Shown here: positions 37,797 through 48,300 of the stretch, in pieces
Position numbering within the stretch: position 1 is the first letter of the stretch
Layout: each line of letters opens with the position of its first letter
Assembly (NCBI GenBank): GCA_963662615.2
Contig: CAXXSR010000001.1
Coordinates: forward strand, 1 to 64,000
Length of the DNA: 64,000 nucleotides
Source: Dehalococcoidia bacterium
GTDB taxonomy: Bacteria > Chloroflexota > Dehalococcoidia > Bin125
Direction of reading: 5' to 3'
Notes under the pieces: generated by a model
Database searches by the model: none
What the model was told of the DNA's origin: nothing
What the model saw: only the letters and a program-made list of their open reading frames with translations
Position numbers and translations under genes: made by a program

Positions 37797-38090
37797 GTCG
37801 TCCAGCGCAGATCGCTGCTGACAGGGACCCTGGGAGGGTTCTTCAGCGGGCTGTTCGGTGTGGGAGGCGGTGTGGTAACCGTTCCCCTGCTCGCCGGATT
37901 CGTCCGACTTCCACAGCACGTGGCGCACGGCACGAGCTTGTTGGTGGTGCTCTTCGCCGCCGGCGCCTTTGTCGCCGGCGAAGTTGGGACCGATTGGCTA
38001 CGGCGCGCTTTCGGCGTCGTGGCTGTAATCGTAGCGTCGCGAATGGCGTTCACGACGCTACGGGAAGAATCAGCGAGGCGCGGCGAATGA
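37797..38090 (+). pseudogene. TauE/SafE (TSUP) transporter remnant with internal deletion
   Basis: GFFSGLFGVGGGVVTVP..AHGTSL joined directly to a LRRAFG helix; far shorter than a full member; start approximate. Confidence 0.65.
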
Positions 38091-38231
38091 CACCGCTCCG
38101 CCAGTGGGATAGTTGGCTCGATTTCCGAGGAGCCTGGCGCTGTCGCCTTCGCCAGGTCAGGGGGTGGACACGGCGCATCGCTCCGCCAGGTTCGCCCGGC
38201 TTGCGGACCCCTGCGGGTACCTCCGGGGCCG

Positions 38232-38984
38232 CTAGTCTACCTTCGGCGTCAGGCCGATGTAGGCCGGAAGTTCAGCGGGCTCCATGCGCCGGCAGGTGAA
38301 TGCAGGGGTGTCCTGCAGCGTGTACGACGACGATTCGGTAAGGCGCAGTTCACGCACCAGCGCAAGGAATTCGCCCGGATCGTCCCCTTCGAAGGCGACG
38401 ACGAACTCCTGGTCGTCAAGGCCGTAGGAGTACGTCGTGTTGATCTTGATGTTGTGGTAGCGGTGCCCCACGGCAATGTGCTCGTCCATGATCCGCTGCC
38501 GCTTCTCCGGGGGGAGTTCGTACCAGGCCCGCGTTTTCACCATGGGGTAGACGAAAAGGTAGGCGGCGACGCCGCCGTCCTCGCGCAGGGTCTCCCGACC
38601 GCGAGTCTCAGGATGCAAGGGGTTCGCGTACAGCGAGCGCATGGTCATGGAGAGGTAGGAGTAGGGACGCTCCAGAGCCCAGCCGAGCGGGGTGGCCAGC
38701 AGCTGCGCGTGCCAGTCTTGAATCGGGGGGAGCCGGTCCGCCACCTGCCAGATCAGGAAGTCCGCGTCCGCCCGCGTGCCCACCGTCGTGTAGGTCCGGG
38801 TGAGCATGCGCTCCTTCGACCGCTCCAGGAGGGAGCCTAGGCGCTTCCCGACCGCCATCCGTTCCTCAGGCGGCGCCCTGTGTACCGAGTCGCAGACGCG
38901 ATAGAAGCTGAACTTGACGAACTGCTTGCCTGTGGCGCGTTGTTCGCCGTCGCCCCGCGGCCCCTTGTCAGGCCGCCCGCTCAT
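38232..38984 (-). CDS. chlorite dismutase-family protein (coproheme decarboxylase-like)
   Basis: RADADF, FVYPMVKTRAWY, MDEHIAVG, YSYGLDDQEFVVAFE. Confidence 0.88.
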   Translation of the reverse strand: MSGRPDKGPRGDGEQRATGKQFVKFSFYRVCDSVHRAPPEERMAVGKRLGSLLERSKERMLTRTYTTVGTRADADFLIWQVADRLPPIQDWHAQLLATPLGWALERPYSYLSMTMRSLYANPLHPETRGRETLREDGGVAAYLFVYPMVKTRAWYELPPEKRQRIMDEHIAVGHRYHNIKINTTYSYGLDDQEFVVAFEGDDPGEFLALVRELRLTESSSYTLQDTPAFTCRRMEPAELPAYIGLTPKVD

Positions 38985-40012
38985 TGCCCAGCGGCCCCGG
39001 TGGGCCGCTGGGCGAGGCCGTGTTCGCGCTCTTCCGGCAACCCGTAATTTTCTTCGTACAGTTTCGCTACGCGCGCCACTTGCTCGTCCGTCAGGCCGGC
39101 GCAGTCGGCCGCCGCGGCGAATTCGACGAGCTGGTCGCGGTCGTAGATGTTTGGCAGAGCGGAGACGACTTCCGGGGCATGGAGGACAAAGCGCAGAGCC
39201 GCTTGGCCAATGGTGCTCCCGCCCTCGGTGAGAAATGACAGCTGCTCGACCTTCCTCAGGCCGTTCGTGAGCCAGGCCCGCGGCCGGTGGCTGCGGTGGT
39301 CGCTGGGCGGAAAGACGGTGTCTTCGGTATAGCGGCCCTCTAACATGCCGGAGGAGTGCGGCACGCGGACCAGCAGGGATGCTCCCTCGTCGCGCGCCGT
39401 CCGGATCAGATCGCGGCCGGGGTCCAGTTCCAGGGCGTTGTAGATCATCTGCAGCAAGGGCACGCCGCGTTCGCGCAGGGCGTACACGCCCTCGTCAAGC
39501 CAGCCGATAGCCGGGCCCAGGGCGACGCCCACGGCGCGCACTTTGCCCTCTCGCAGGATTCCCTCCAGGAACGTCCAGACGTCGTCCCGCTGCAGGTCGA
39601 CGAGGCGGGGATTGTGCAACTGCCAGATATCCACGTAGTCCGTGTTGAGGCGCTGCAACGACTCGCGGAGCGCCCCTTCCAGGAAGGCGGGATCCCAGCG
39701 CTGCGGCGCCTCCACGTGGCCCGCCTGCTCCTGCGCGGGGCGGTTCCGCCAGTCGTAGCCGAACTTCGTGCCGATGACGACGCCGGCGCGCGCACTCCCG
39801 GGAAACGCCTGCGCCAGGATCGTCTCGCCGCGACCATCGCCGTAAGTGTCGGCGGTGTCGAAGTAGGTGACGCCCAGATCGCGGGCCTCTCGGAGCAGGG
39901 CCAGAGCCTCTCCGTCCGTGCGCTCCCCCCACCAGTTCGTGGCAACGGTCCAGACCCCGAACCCTACTTCGGAAACGGTGACGTCCGTGCCCGCGATGGT
40001 GCGGTGCTGCAT
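38981..40012 (-). CDS. aldo/keto reductase
   Basis: VSEVGFG, FDTADTYG, TKFG, SLQRLNTDYVD, QLH. Confidence 0.93.
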   Translation of the reverse strand: MQHRTIAGTDVTVSEVGFGVWTVATNWWGERTDGEALALLREARDLGVTYFDTADTYGDGRGETILAQAFPGSARAGVVIGTKFGYDWRNRPAQEQAGHVEAPQRWDPAFLEGALRESLQRLNTDYVDIWQLHNPRLVDLQRDDVWTFLEGILREGKVRAVGVALGPAIGWLDEGVYALRERGVPLLQMIYNALELDPGRDLIRTARDEGASLLVRVPHSSGMLEGRYTEDTVFPPSDHRSHRPRAWLTNGLRKVEQLSFLTEGGSTIGQAALRFVLHAPEVVSALPNIYDRDQLVEFAAAADCAGLTDEQVARVAKLYEENYGLPEEREHGLAQRPTGAAGQ

Positions 40013-40213
40013 CGACAGCGACTTCCTCCCTGCCTACCGGCCGAGATGCCGGTCAACGATACGGCCGGGGTGGGCGGCTAGCAACCGCGCCCGCCGGGCC
40101 GTCGTCCCTGCGGGATTGGGGCGATTAGGCTAATGGGAGCGCCACGTCCGCCGCGCTCGCCCCGGAGGGCTGGGACGGCGGGCCCTGTGGACGTGGAAAT
40201 CGGGAGGAAGAGC

Positions 40214-40714
40214 ATGGCCGATGCCGCCGCGATCGAGCCACGCGTCTCCGAATCGCTGGAGCGGCTCAATATCGACTACGAGGTGCTGCCCTGTGACCCT
40301 GCCTTCGCCGATACGGCGCAGTTCTGCGAAAAGTACGGCTATCCGCCGGCCAACTCCGGCAACACGATCATTGTGGCGTCTCGGAAGGAGCCGCGGCAGG
40401 TGGCCGCCTGCCTTGTCACGGCCTCCACGCGGCTCGACGTCAACAGGACGCTGCGAAAGCTGATGGGGGTGCGGCGACTCTCGTTTGCGTCAGCTGAGGA
40501 GACGGAGGCACTCACGGGCATGGCGATCGGCGGCGTGACCATGTTCGGACTTCCGGACGAGCTACCCAAGTACGTCGATGCGGACGTGATGAACCTGACG
40601 TACGTGATCTTGGGCAGCGGCGTTCGCTCGTCGAAGGTCAAGATCGCGCCCGCCGATCTGGCGAAATTGCCGGGGCTACAGGTTGTCTCAGGGCTGGCGA
40701 TGGAAGCGTCGTGA
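40214..40714 (+). CDS. YbaK/EbsC aminoacyl-tRNA editing domain protein
   Basis: DPAFADTAQFC, SFAS, TGMAIGGVTMFG. Confidence 0.88.
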   Translation: MADAAAIEPRVSESLERLNIDYEVLPCDPAFADTAQFCEKYGYPPANSGNTIIVASRKEPRQVAACLVTASTRLDVNRTLRKLMGVRRLSFASAEETEALTGMAIGGVTMFGLPDELPKYVDADVMNLTYVILGSGVRSSKVKIAPADLAKLPGLQVVSGLAMEAS

Positions 40715-40817
40715 GGCCGGATGCCCCGCTGCGGGCGAGCGGCTCCCGCGGGCGTTCGGCGTCCGACAGCCGGTAAGGCGCCGTCGTGGTGACGCTCGCG
40801 CTCGGCAGAGGCCCTAC

Positions 40818-41573
40818 CTAGCGAATTTCCACGAATTCAGCCAGGGCCACGCCGATGTTGTCGGGCCCGCCGCGCCGGTTCGCCGCAGCGATGAGACGGC
40901 TCGCCGCCACGGCTCCGCGGTCTTCGCTCAGGATGCGGGCGATGTCGTCGTCAGGCACCACACCGTGCAGGCCGTCGCTGCTGAGGAGGAGTTGGTCGCC
41001 ATGCGCGAGAGCGACCGGGCCGGTGATTTCGGGATCGGATCGCTCGTCCGTGCCCAGACAGCGCAAGACGATGTTCCTGCTGGGATGGAATCGCGCCTGC
41101 TCCGGCGTGAGCCGCCCCGCTCGCACTTCCGCGTCAACCCAGGAGTGATCTGTGGTCAGTTGCCGGAGGCGCCCATTTTGAAAACCGTAGGCGCGGCTAT
41201 CGCCGACATGGGCGATCAACGCCTCATCGTGCACAATCCATGCGACGACCACCGTGGTTCCCATTCCCATCTCGGGGGGGTTGGCGGCGGCACGCTCGCG
41301 GATGGCGGTGTTGGCGTCGGCCAGCAGGGAGAGGAGAGCGGCGGCGGTCTTGCCCGGCGTGCGTGTGGGGTCGGCGAGCACGTGCCGGCTTTCGCGCGCG
41401 ACCATCTCCGCCGTCAGCTGGCTCGCAACCTCGCCAGCGGGATGCCCGCCCAATCCGTCGGCGACCATAAGGATGGCGGCGTCCGTGTCAGCGAACGATT
41501 CCGCGTGCACGGCGTCCTGGTTGATGGCCCGTTGCCGACCAATGTCGGTAGCGACTGCGACGTTAATCGGCAC
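40818..41573 (-). CDS. PP2C-family Ser/Thr phosphatase
   Basis: VADGLGGH, MGTT, HVGDSRAY, DHS, SDGL, GGPDN. Confidence 0.95.
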   Translation of the reverse strand: MPINVAVATDIGRQRAINQDAVHAESFADTDAAILMVADGLGGHPAGEVASQLTAEMVARESRHVLADPTRTPGKTAAALLSLLADANTAIRERAAANPPEMGMGTTVVVAWIVHDEALIAHVGDSRAYGFQNGRLRQLTTDHSWVDAEVRAGRLTPEQARFHPSRNIVLRCLGTDERSDPEITGPVALAHGDQLLLSSDGLHGVVPDDDIARILSEDRGAVAASRLIAAANRRGGPDNIGVALAEFVEIR

Positions 41574-41708
41574 GATGCATGCTCGCCAGCGCTCTTCGCG
41601 CCCGATCGCGAATTTCCCCAGGGACGCCTGTCGCTCACGCGGAGACGACGGGGGTGGGGCTCCCGCTCCATTCCCGCCCGGCGCGTCAGATCCGTGTGCG
41701 CCGTGACG

Positions 41709-43016
41709 TCACAGCGCCTCGACAATTGTGCTGATGCCCATGCCCGCGCCGATGCACTGCGTGGCCAGTCCGTAGTGGCCGCCTGAGCGGCGGAGCTCTC
41801 GGGAGACTGTGGTCACCAGGCGTGCTCCAGTCGCGCCGAGCGGGTGGCCAATGGCCAAGGAGCCGCCGTTGCAATTCACCTTTTCCAGCGGGATCCCCAA
41901 CTCTTCAACGCTGGGAATGACCTGCGCCGCGAAGGCCTCGTTGAACTCCACTCGATCGATCTCGTCAACGCTGATCCCGGCATGCCGCAGCGCCTTCTTC
42001 GTCGCCGGGACGGGTCCCAGGCCCATGACCTGCGGTTTCACCCCGGCCACACCGAAGCCGATGATCCGCGCCAGCGGTTCCAGGCCCAGCTCCTGCGCTC
42101 TCGTTTCGCTCACCAGCAGGGCGGCGGACACGCCGTCGTTGGTAGGGCAGGAATTCCCCGCCGTGATCACGATCTCGCGATTGCCGAAGCTCTCAATGCC
42201 CTGCACCGGACGCAGCTGCCCCAGCTTCTCGAAGTTCGTGCTCGCCCGGTAGCCTTCGTCACGGTCGAACACGATCGCCTCACCGAGTTTCTCGGGTAGC
42301 CACTGCCCCTCGTCGTCGAACACCGGCGCCTCCACTTCCAGAGGGATGATTTCGTCGGCGTAAAAACCAGCGTCGAGAGCCTCTCCGTACTTGCGATGGC
42401 TCTCGACGACGAACTCGTCCAGCTGCCGCCGCGACAGGCCGTACACCTCCGAGACGTTCTGGGCCGTCTGCGTCATGGAGACGACCGGGGTTGAGTCCAG
42501 GATGTAGTCCGGCAGGGGGACGGCAAATTGATCGCCATGATCCGGCGCCGGGTCACGTTGCGCGGGCGTCTGCTGGAGGCGCTTCTGGTTGAACTCGGTC
42601 ACCCGATTGCGATCGCGGTCGCCACCTCCAGGGCGGAGTTGCCGCCCCATCCGCTCGACTCCCATGGCGACGCCGGTGTGAATGGCGCCCACCATGATCT
42701 CTTGGGCAACTCGGTGCAGCGCTTCCATGCTGGAGCCGCACTGGCGGTTGGTGTCGAAGGTGCAGACCTCCTCGGTGAGACCGGCGAGGCGGGCGATGTG
42801 GTTCGCGCCAAGGCCGCTGAGTTCGCCGGCGCCCATGACGTTTCCCAAACCGATCTCTTCAATGCTGCGTGGATCCACCTTGGGGTTGCGCGCCAGGAGC
42901 GCGCGCAGCACGGTTGAGGCCGCTTCGTCCAACCGCGTGGCCACCAGCGCTCCGCGTCCTCCCCGCGCGAACGGCGATCGCGCACCGTCCACCAAGACCA
43001 CCTTCTGGAGTTCCAT
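41709..43016 (-). CDS. acetyl-CoA acyltransferase (thiolase)
   Basis: NRQCGSS, TAGNS, NEAFAAQ, GHPLGATG, CIGAGMG. Confidence 0.95.
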   Translation of the reverse strand: MELQKVVLVDGARSPFARGGRGALVATRLDEAASTVLRALLARNPKVDPRSIEEIGLGNVMGAGELSGLGANHIARLAGLTEEVCTFDTNRQCGSSMEALHRVAQEIMVGAIHTGVAMGVERMGRQLRPGGGDRDRNRVTEFNQKRLQQTPAQRDPAPDHGDQFAVPLPDYILDSTPVVSMTQTAQNVSEVYGLSRRQLDEFVVESHRKYGEALDAGFYADEIIPLEVEAPVFDDEGQWLPEKLGEAIVFDRDEGYRASTNFEKLGQLRPVQGIESFGNREIVITAGNSCPTNDGVSAALLVSETRAQELGLEPLARIIGFGVAGVKPQVMGLGPVPATKKALRHAGISVDEIDRVEFNEAFAAQVIPSVEELGIPLEKVNCNGGSLAIGHPLGATGARLVTTVSRELRRSGGHYGLATQCIGAGMGISTIVEAL

Positions 43017-43117
43017 TCCCGTCCCCCATTCACCTCCGCAGTGTCCGCTGCTGGCGCCAGCGACCGCCGGATGCCTAGTGTAGAGGACCACAACATCCAC
43101 AACGGAAAGGGGCTGGC

Positions 43118-43582
43118 ATGCCGGGAGAGCGCGAGCCTGAGTCGTTCGTCACCGCGATCAGCGGCAGTGTGCAGGCAATCGTGGACTGCCTGGATGGGCT
43201 CAGCGAGGAGGAGCTGAACTGGCGTCCACCGATTGCGGCGGGCAATAGCCTCTACGTGGTTGCGACACACACCATGGGGAGCGCGGAGCAGAACATCGTG
43301 GAGCGTTTGGGCGGGGTGTCCATTGGCCGCGTCCGTGACGAAGAGTTCGCCGCGGCGGGCGATTCGCCGCAGCCGCTTCAGGAACGTTGGGCGCTGCTAC
43401 GGGAGCGAATTCAGCATCATCTCGCGGCTTTGCCCGCCGACGAGTGGGAGCGTGAGCGGGAACTTCCGTCGGCTAAGCGTGCCACGGCACGCGAGATGCT
43501 GCTCAACGTCCATCGGCACGCGAGCGAGCACCTCGGCGAGGCGCAGCTTATCCGTGATCTCCTGATGGCCCGACGCGGCTAG
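43118..43582 (+). CDS. DinB-family protein
   Basis: NSL...H, R.RDEEF, H...H.GEAQL. Confidence 0.85.
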   Translation: MPGEREPESFVTAISGSVQAIVDCLDGLSEEELNWRPPIAAGNSLYVVATHTMGSAEQNIVERLGGVSIGRVRDEEFAAAGDSPQPLQERWALLRERIQHHLAALPADEWERERELPSAKRATAREMLLNVHRHASEHLGEAQLIRDLLMARRG

Positions 43583-44178
43583 GCTTCCTCGCATCCGCCG
43601 CCATCCCGCCTGAGCCATGCCTGATAGATCTGTTCCTTCTCGTCGCTCCACGATGGCGCGTACCGGCCCCTCTCCATGCGCTGCCGATGCAGCTCCGCCA
43701 GGATGATGCCGGCCGCGACGGACACGTTAAAGCTTTGCGCCATCCCTTGCATGGGGATGCGAATGCGCTCGTCGGCCAGATCAAGGATCGGTGCGCTGCA
43801 GCCCCGGTGCTCGTTCCCGAAGACGAGAGCCACCGGCCGCGTCCAGTCCACATCTAGGTAGCTGCGGGCCGGGCCGTCCAAATGGGTCGCGTAGATTTGG
43901 CAGCCTCGTTGATGCACGGCGTTGATGCACGCCGCCGCCTCTGTGAAATGATGGATGATCGTCCACTTTCGCGTGTAGCCGGAGACGCCTTTTGAGATCT
44001 GGGGGAAGGGATGGTCGGTGTAAAGCAGGTTGACGGCGCCGATCCCGAATCCATCGCAGGTGCGCAGAATCGCGGAGGCGTTGTGGGAGTCGTGGATGTT
44101 ATCCAGAACCACCTCAACGTCTTGCTGGCGGCGCTCCAGCACGGATCGGAAGCGGCGGCGGCGCTCTCCCGTGAGCAT
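43579..44178 (-). CDS. trmH: tRNA (guanosine-2'-O)-methyltransferase, SPOUT family
   Basis: HNASAILRTCD, FGNEHRG, IPMQGMAQSFNVSVA. Confidence 0.88.
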   Translation of the reverse strand: MLTGERRRRFRSVLERRQQDVEVVLDNIHDSHNASAILRTCDGFGIGAVNLLYTDHPFPQISKGVSGYTRKWTIIHHFTEAAACINAVHQRGCQIYATHLDGPARSYLDVDWTRPVALVFGNEHRGCSAPILDLADERIRIPMQGMAQSFNVSVAAGIILAELHRQRMERGRYAPSWSDEKEQIYQAWLRRDGGGCEEA

Positions 44179-44279
44179 GAGATGACCTTACCAGTCAACC
44201 GCGGCGGCGCTCGGACGGGCACGCTCGCGCCCAGCGCGGTGCAGGACCTTCGGCAAGAGCGTCACCGCTGCCCGTGCTC

Positions 44280-46180
44280 CTATGGGCGCTCCGACTCTCG
44301 CAACGGCAGCGCGTCCGTGCCGCCCCACACCGGCGGAGGATGGTTGCGCCTTCCTCTCCGGCCGGATCGACGAACTCCGGGCGGTAGTTGTCGCGGACCA
44401 CGACCGGCCGCAGCCGGTATCCGAGCACCCTTGCATCGTCGAACCCGACCTCCAGGATCACGCTCTGCGTCGTGGCGATAGACCAATCCTGGTCAAAGAC
44501 AAAGTTCCCCAAGGCGTACGTGGCCAGCGCGCCCTGTAGGACCTCCACGGGCTGTGTCCAGTGCGGATGATTGCCCACGATCAACGACGCGCCCGCGTCC
44601 ACCGCGACAGCCACCGCTTCCCGTTGGCGCGCCGTCGTCTTGACCGTATACTCCGTACCCCAGCTAAAGGCCACGACGACGTGATCCGCCATCTCCTTGG
44701 CCGCCACGACGTCCTCTGCCAGGGTCTCGAGGTTCAGCGGCGCCGTCCCGGCCGATTCCTCCTTGGCGAAATACCACGGGGCGATGTCGTCGTATGAGAG
44801 AAACGCGATGCGCACGCCGTCTCGCTCGACCACCGTCGGCGCTCTGGCGGCGGCCAGGTTCGCACCAGTCCCGGCGTGCGCGATCTCCGCGTCCTCCAGC
44901 CCAGCGATCGTGTCCAGGACCGTCTCTTTCCAACCACATGCAGTCCAGCAATCGCCCGCGTGATTTCCGGCGGTGGTGACGACGTCGATCCCCGCCGCCT
45001 TGAGCGCACCGATCACGCTTAGCTTGCCCTGGAGGTTGAATCGGTCCGTCACGCCAACGCAAGGAGTGGGCTCGCCCCGGTCGGTGAGTCCGATCTCCAT
45101 CGACAGCAGCGTGAGATCCGCGGCCTGTAACGCCGCGCGCGTACGCTCGAAGATGGCAGCGTAGTCCCCGTCGGCGAACGTCTCGACCGCCTCATTCGTG
45201 CACCGAGTGGGGATGAAGTCGCCGGTGGCGAGGAGGCCCACCGGGTTCGTGTTGGGCGCACGATCGGTCCAGCCCAAGATCGTCGCCACACGCTCTTCGT
45301 CGTGCGTGGTGCGGCCGCGGATCCAGCGTTCAAGGCGCATGGGTGTATCGGCGGACGGATCGCGGAGCGGGTCATGACCGTCCAAGACCAGCGGGAGCAG
45401 ACCGGGACGCAAAGCGGTTGGCGGCAGCACCGCGAGTGCGCCGCTCCCCGAGGCCACTGATCGCTGTATCGTCTCCAGCGATGCTCGGCGTATATTCGGT
45501 CCAAGATCCGGTAAGGCGAGGGCGGCGGCGATCGCGTCCGCGTCGTCGCAGGGCACAAAGGCGATCACCGGTTGCGCCCGGCCGCCAAGCTCAAACCAGT
45601 CCGTCACCGCGCCGGCCAGCACCCGCCGCAGATCCGCCAAGCTGAGGTCAAGCACGGTGTGGCGCTGATCGGTCACGGCTACCCAAGCGGCGAGGATGTA
45701 GCTGGATCCTTGCGGCAGCGGCTGGTCACTCACTTCCGCGTCAGCGTCGAAGGGACCGGGCGCGACCTCCAGGTTCGGCGCGTCCCGGAGTAACCCTTCA
45801 ACGGCCATCCGTTCGCCCTGATCTCGGATGCTGACGGCGACACCGAAAGGCCGGGCGGCCGGTTGCGGATCGGCGGCGGGCTCCGGCTTCCTAACGGCCG
45901 CCGGTGGATCGGCCTCCTCAAGGGATGCGTCGCGGGGGCTCGGCAGATCGGGCGGGGCCGGTGCCGCGGCGGGCGGCGCGACGCGCTCCGCCGCCTCCAG
46001 CGGCGCGGGCTCCGCAGCATCCGGCGGCGCGGGCTCCGCCGCAGCCGCCGTTTCGCCTCCCTGGCTGCTGCTACACGAACTGATCAGAAAGACGCTGAGA
46101 GCCGCCAGGAGCGTGAGCCCGCTCAAGCGCGCGCTGCCTATCGACTTCTGCACGATCGCCCTCGAATTCTCCTCGCACAT
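44280..46180 (-). CDS. CapA-family metallophosphatase lipoprotein with N-terminal binding-protein-like domain; 1-nt frameshift near 44331
   Basis: Lipobox-like ISSC, ATGD, AGNHAGD, WGTEY, GNHPHW, YALGNFVFDQ; natural end VWGGTDALP..RP* lies in another frame. Confidence 0.88.
45972..46045 (-). repeat. in-frame 24-bp imperfect repeat x3 (AAEPAPPD/AAEPAPLE/AAERVAPP linker)
   Basis: Repeated GGCGCGGGCTCCGC units in the CapA linker. Confidence 0.65.
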
Positions 46181-46456
46181 CTTCCCATGCGGACTCCTCT
46201 TCGCGGCAAGATCGCCGACGCGAGCCGCCGGCGTGGGTGCGTTGCGCTGTTGACACGAGCGACGCGCTCGCGGCGAGACTGACGCTACCATCATGACGCC
46301 GGGCCGACCGGTGTCGATTCACCGGAGTCGGTTCGGGCCAGCGATCGCACGGCGGCTCGCCGCCCCGATGGGCGTCGCTGCGATGGTCGAGATCTTGCGC
46401 GACGCCGTGTTGCCATCGAGACCGAGCGACCGCCTTGAAGGGGCTGCGCCGCGACG

Positions 46457-47674
46457 ATGACCAAACGCGCCGTCGTGGTGAGCGTGCTGTTCTGGGTCGC
46501 AATGGCGGGGTTCCTTCGCATCGTCATCGTCCCGCCCGAGGCGTCCGTGGAGGCGTCGGGCCTGGAGTTGCAGCGGGCGGCGGACTCAGCTCGAGGGTGG
46601 ATGGAACGGGCGCAACTCGACGACGGTCGTTACGTCTATCTGTACGACGCGGAGTTGGACCACCTCTCGCCGGACTACAACGAAGTCCGCCATGCCGGCG
46701 TGACGATGGCCCTGTATCAGGCGGCGGGCCGTCTTGCCTCTCCGGCCACGCTCACCGCCGCCGATCGCGGCCTTGCCTGGATGACTGAGCACCTCTACCG
46801 GCACGACGGATGGGCTGCGCTGGTTGCACCCGGGGCCGGACGCGCGAAGTTGGGGGCCAGCGCACTCATGCTCGTGGGCCTTGCCGAGCGAAGGCTCGCG
46901 ACTGGGGATGCGGTGTACGACCCCCTGATGCGCGAAGTCGGATCGTTCCTTGCGGCGCTACAACGTCCCGACGGCGGCTTTCACGTTGCCTGGTGGGTGG
47001 AGCGAGACGCAGCGGACCGGTTGGGGACGTCGCGCTACTACCCCGGTGAAGCGCTGTGGGCGCTTGCCCTACTCCACGAAGCGCTCCCAGGGGAAGGCTG
47101 GGACGTGCATGCGCGTGCTGCGGCTGAGTTCGTGACGACGCGCCGCGACGACGTGGAGGCCGTGGACTTTCCCCCGTTGGCCGACCACTGGGCGGCATAC
47201 GCCCTGGCGGAAATGGCGGAGTGGGGCTTGAAGGACGCTGAGATCGCGTACGGGCGGCGCTTGGCCGGTCGCTTCGGCTTGCTGGTTCGCACCGAGTCTC
47301 AGCGCGAGGGTGGCTGGTCGGGTACCGTCGTGCGGGGGGCGTCGCCGCGGGCTGGGGCATTGGGCACCTGGGTCGAAGGTCTCGCGGCGTTGTGGCGCCT
47401 GGCCTCCGCCGATGAGCGCCTGGCCGACTTGCGTGCGGGAATCCTGGAGCGCGTTGAAGTGGGCGCAGCCATTCTCGCCGGGCGGCAGGTGAGCGATGAA
47501 CGGGCGCGGACGTACGACCGACCGGGGCTCGTGCGGGGCGCCTGGCTCCACGAAGGCGCGACCCGGATGGACGACCAGCAGCATGCCTTCTCCGGGCTGC
47601 TCTACGCGGCCGACGCTCTCCACGGTCGGACCGGCCGGGAGCCCGACCTGCCGCCGCGTCGTCCCGACCGCTAG
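46457..47674 (+). CDS. membrane-anchored hypothetical protein, probable alpha/alpha toroid fold
   Basis: N-terminal TM helix; Q..DG.Y/F repeats (AQLDDGRY, LQRPDGGF), YNEVRHAG, YYPGEA, RMDDQQH. Confidence 0.78.
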   Translation: MTKRAVVVSVLFWVAMAGFLRIVIVPPEASVEASGLELQRAADSARGWMERAQLDDGRYVYLYDAELDHLSPDYNEVRHAGVTMALYQAAGRLASPATLTAADRGLAWMTEHLYRHDGWAALVAPGAGRAKLGASALMLVGLAERRLATGDAVYDPLMREVGSFLAALQRPDGGFHVAWWVERDAADRLGTSRYYPGEALWALALLHEALPGEGWDVHARAAAEFVTTRRDDVEAVDFPPLADHWAAYALAEMAEWGLKDAEIAYGRRLAGRFGLLVRTESQREGGWSGTVVRGASPRAGALGTWVEGLAALWRLASADERLADLRAGILERVEVGAAILAGRQVSDERARTYDRPGLVRGAWLHEGATRMDDQQHAFSGLLYAADALHGRTGREPDLPPRRPDR

Positions 47675-47688
47675 GTGGCGGCGTCTCA

Positions 47689-48261
47689 ATGATCGACTTC
47701 TGGCGCCTGCTGCTCATCACCCTGGTGGCCGTGAATCCGGCCGCGCTCAGGCTAGAGTCGGAGGGCGCGGCCAATGGCGGCCGGGGCTGGGCTGTCGCGG
47801 CGGCGGCGCTCCCGCCCGCAGTCGGGCTCGTCGCCTTCGCGGCCGCGATCCACTCGGAGTTCCTGGATCTTTTGGACGTCTCGGCAGAGAGCTTTGACGT
47901 AGCGGCGGGCATCGTGATGGTGGTGGCAGCGCTGCGTCCCCTGCTGCTGGGGCGGCTGCCTGAGATGCCGGTCCAGCTGGGCCGCGGGCCGCAGCTGTTG
48001 ATGCCCGTGACGATCGTCACGTTCGCCCTTGCCAATCCCGCGGTCCTGGCCGCCATGGTCGCCTACAGCGAGAGGGATGGGACGGGGATCACGATCGCCG
48101 CCGGCGCGACCGCCGTACTCCTCGCGGGCGCCGTTCTGTCGATAGGTGCGAGGCGTCGCCGGACTGTCGCGCCGCTGACCGCGGTGGTGGCATGGACCTC
48201 GGCGGTGCTCCTTGTGGCCTTCGGCGTGGGCCTGATCGTGGATGGCATCCGGAGCGTCTGA
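47689..48261 (+). CDS. MarC-like membrane protein
   Basis: About six TM helices, VNP near the N-terminus, SFDVAAGI, ANPA. Confidence 0.7.
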   Translation: MIDFWRLLLITLVAVNPAALRLESEGAANGGRGWAVAAAALPPAVGLVAFAAAIHSEFLDLLDVSAESFDVAAGIVMVVAALRPLLLGRLPEMPVQLGRGPQLLMPVTIVTFALANPAVLAAMVAYSERDGTGITIAAGATAVLLAGAVLSIGARRRRTVAPLTAVVAWTSAVLLVAFGVGLIVDGIRSV

Positions 48262-48300
48262 CGCCGCCCAGCGCTGGGCTGGCGCGTCGATCTCCGGACG

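Noticed and set aside
38232-38984. true chlorite dismutase
   Set aside because: No signal peptide or perchlorate-reduction context; HemQ-like or unknown function is more likely
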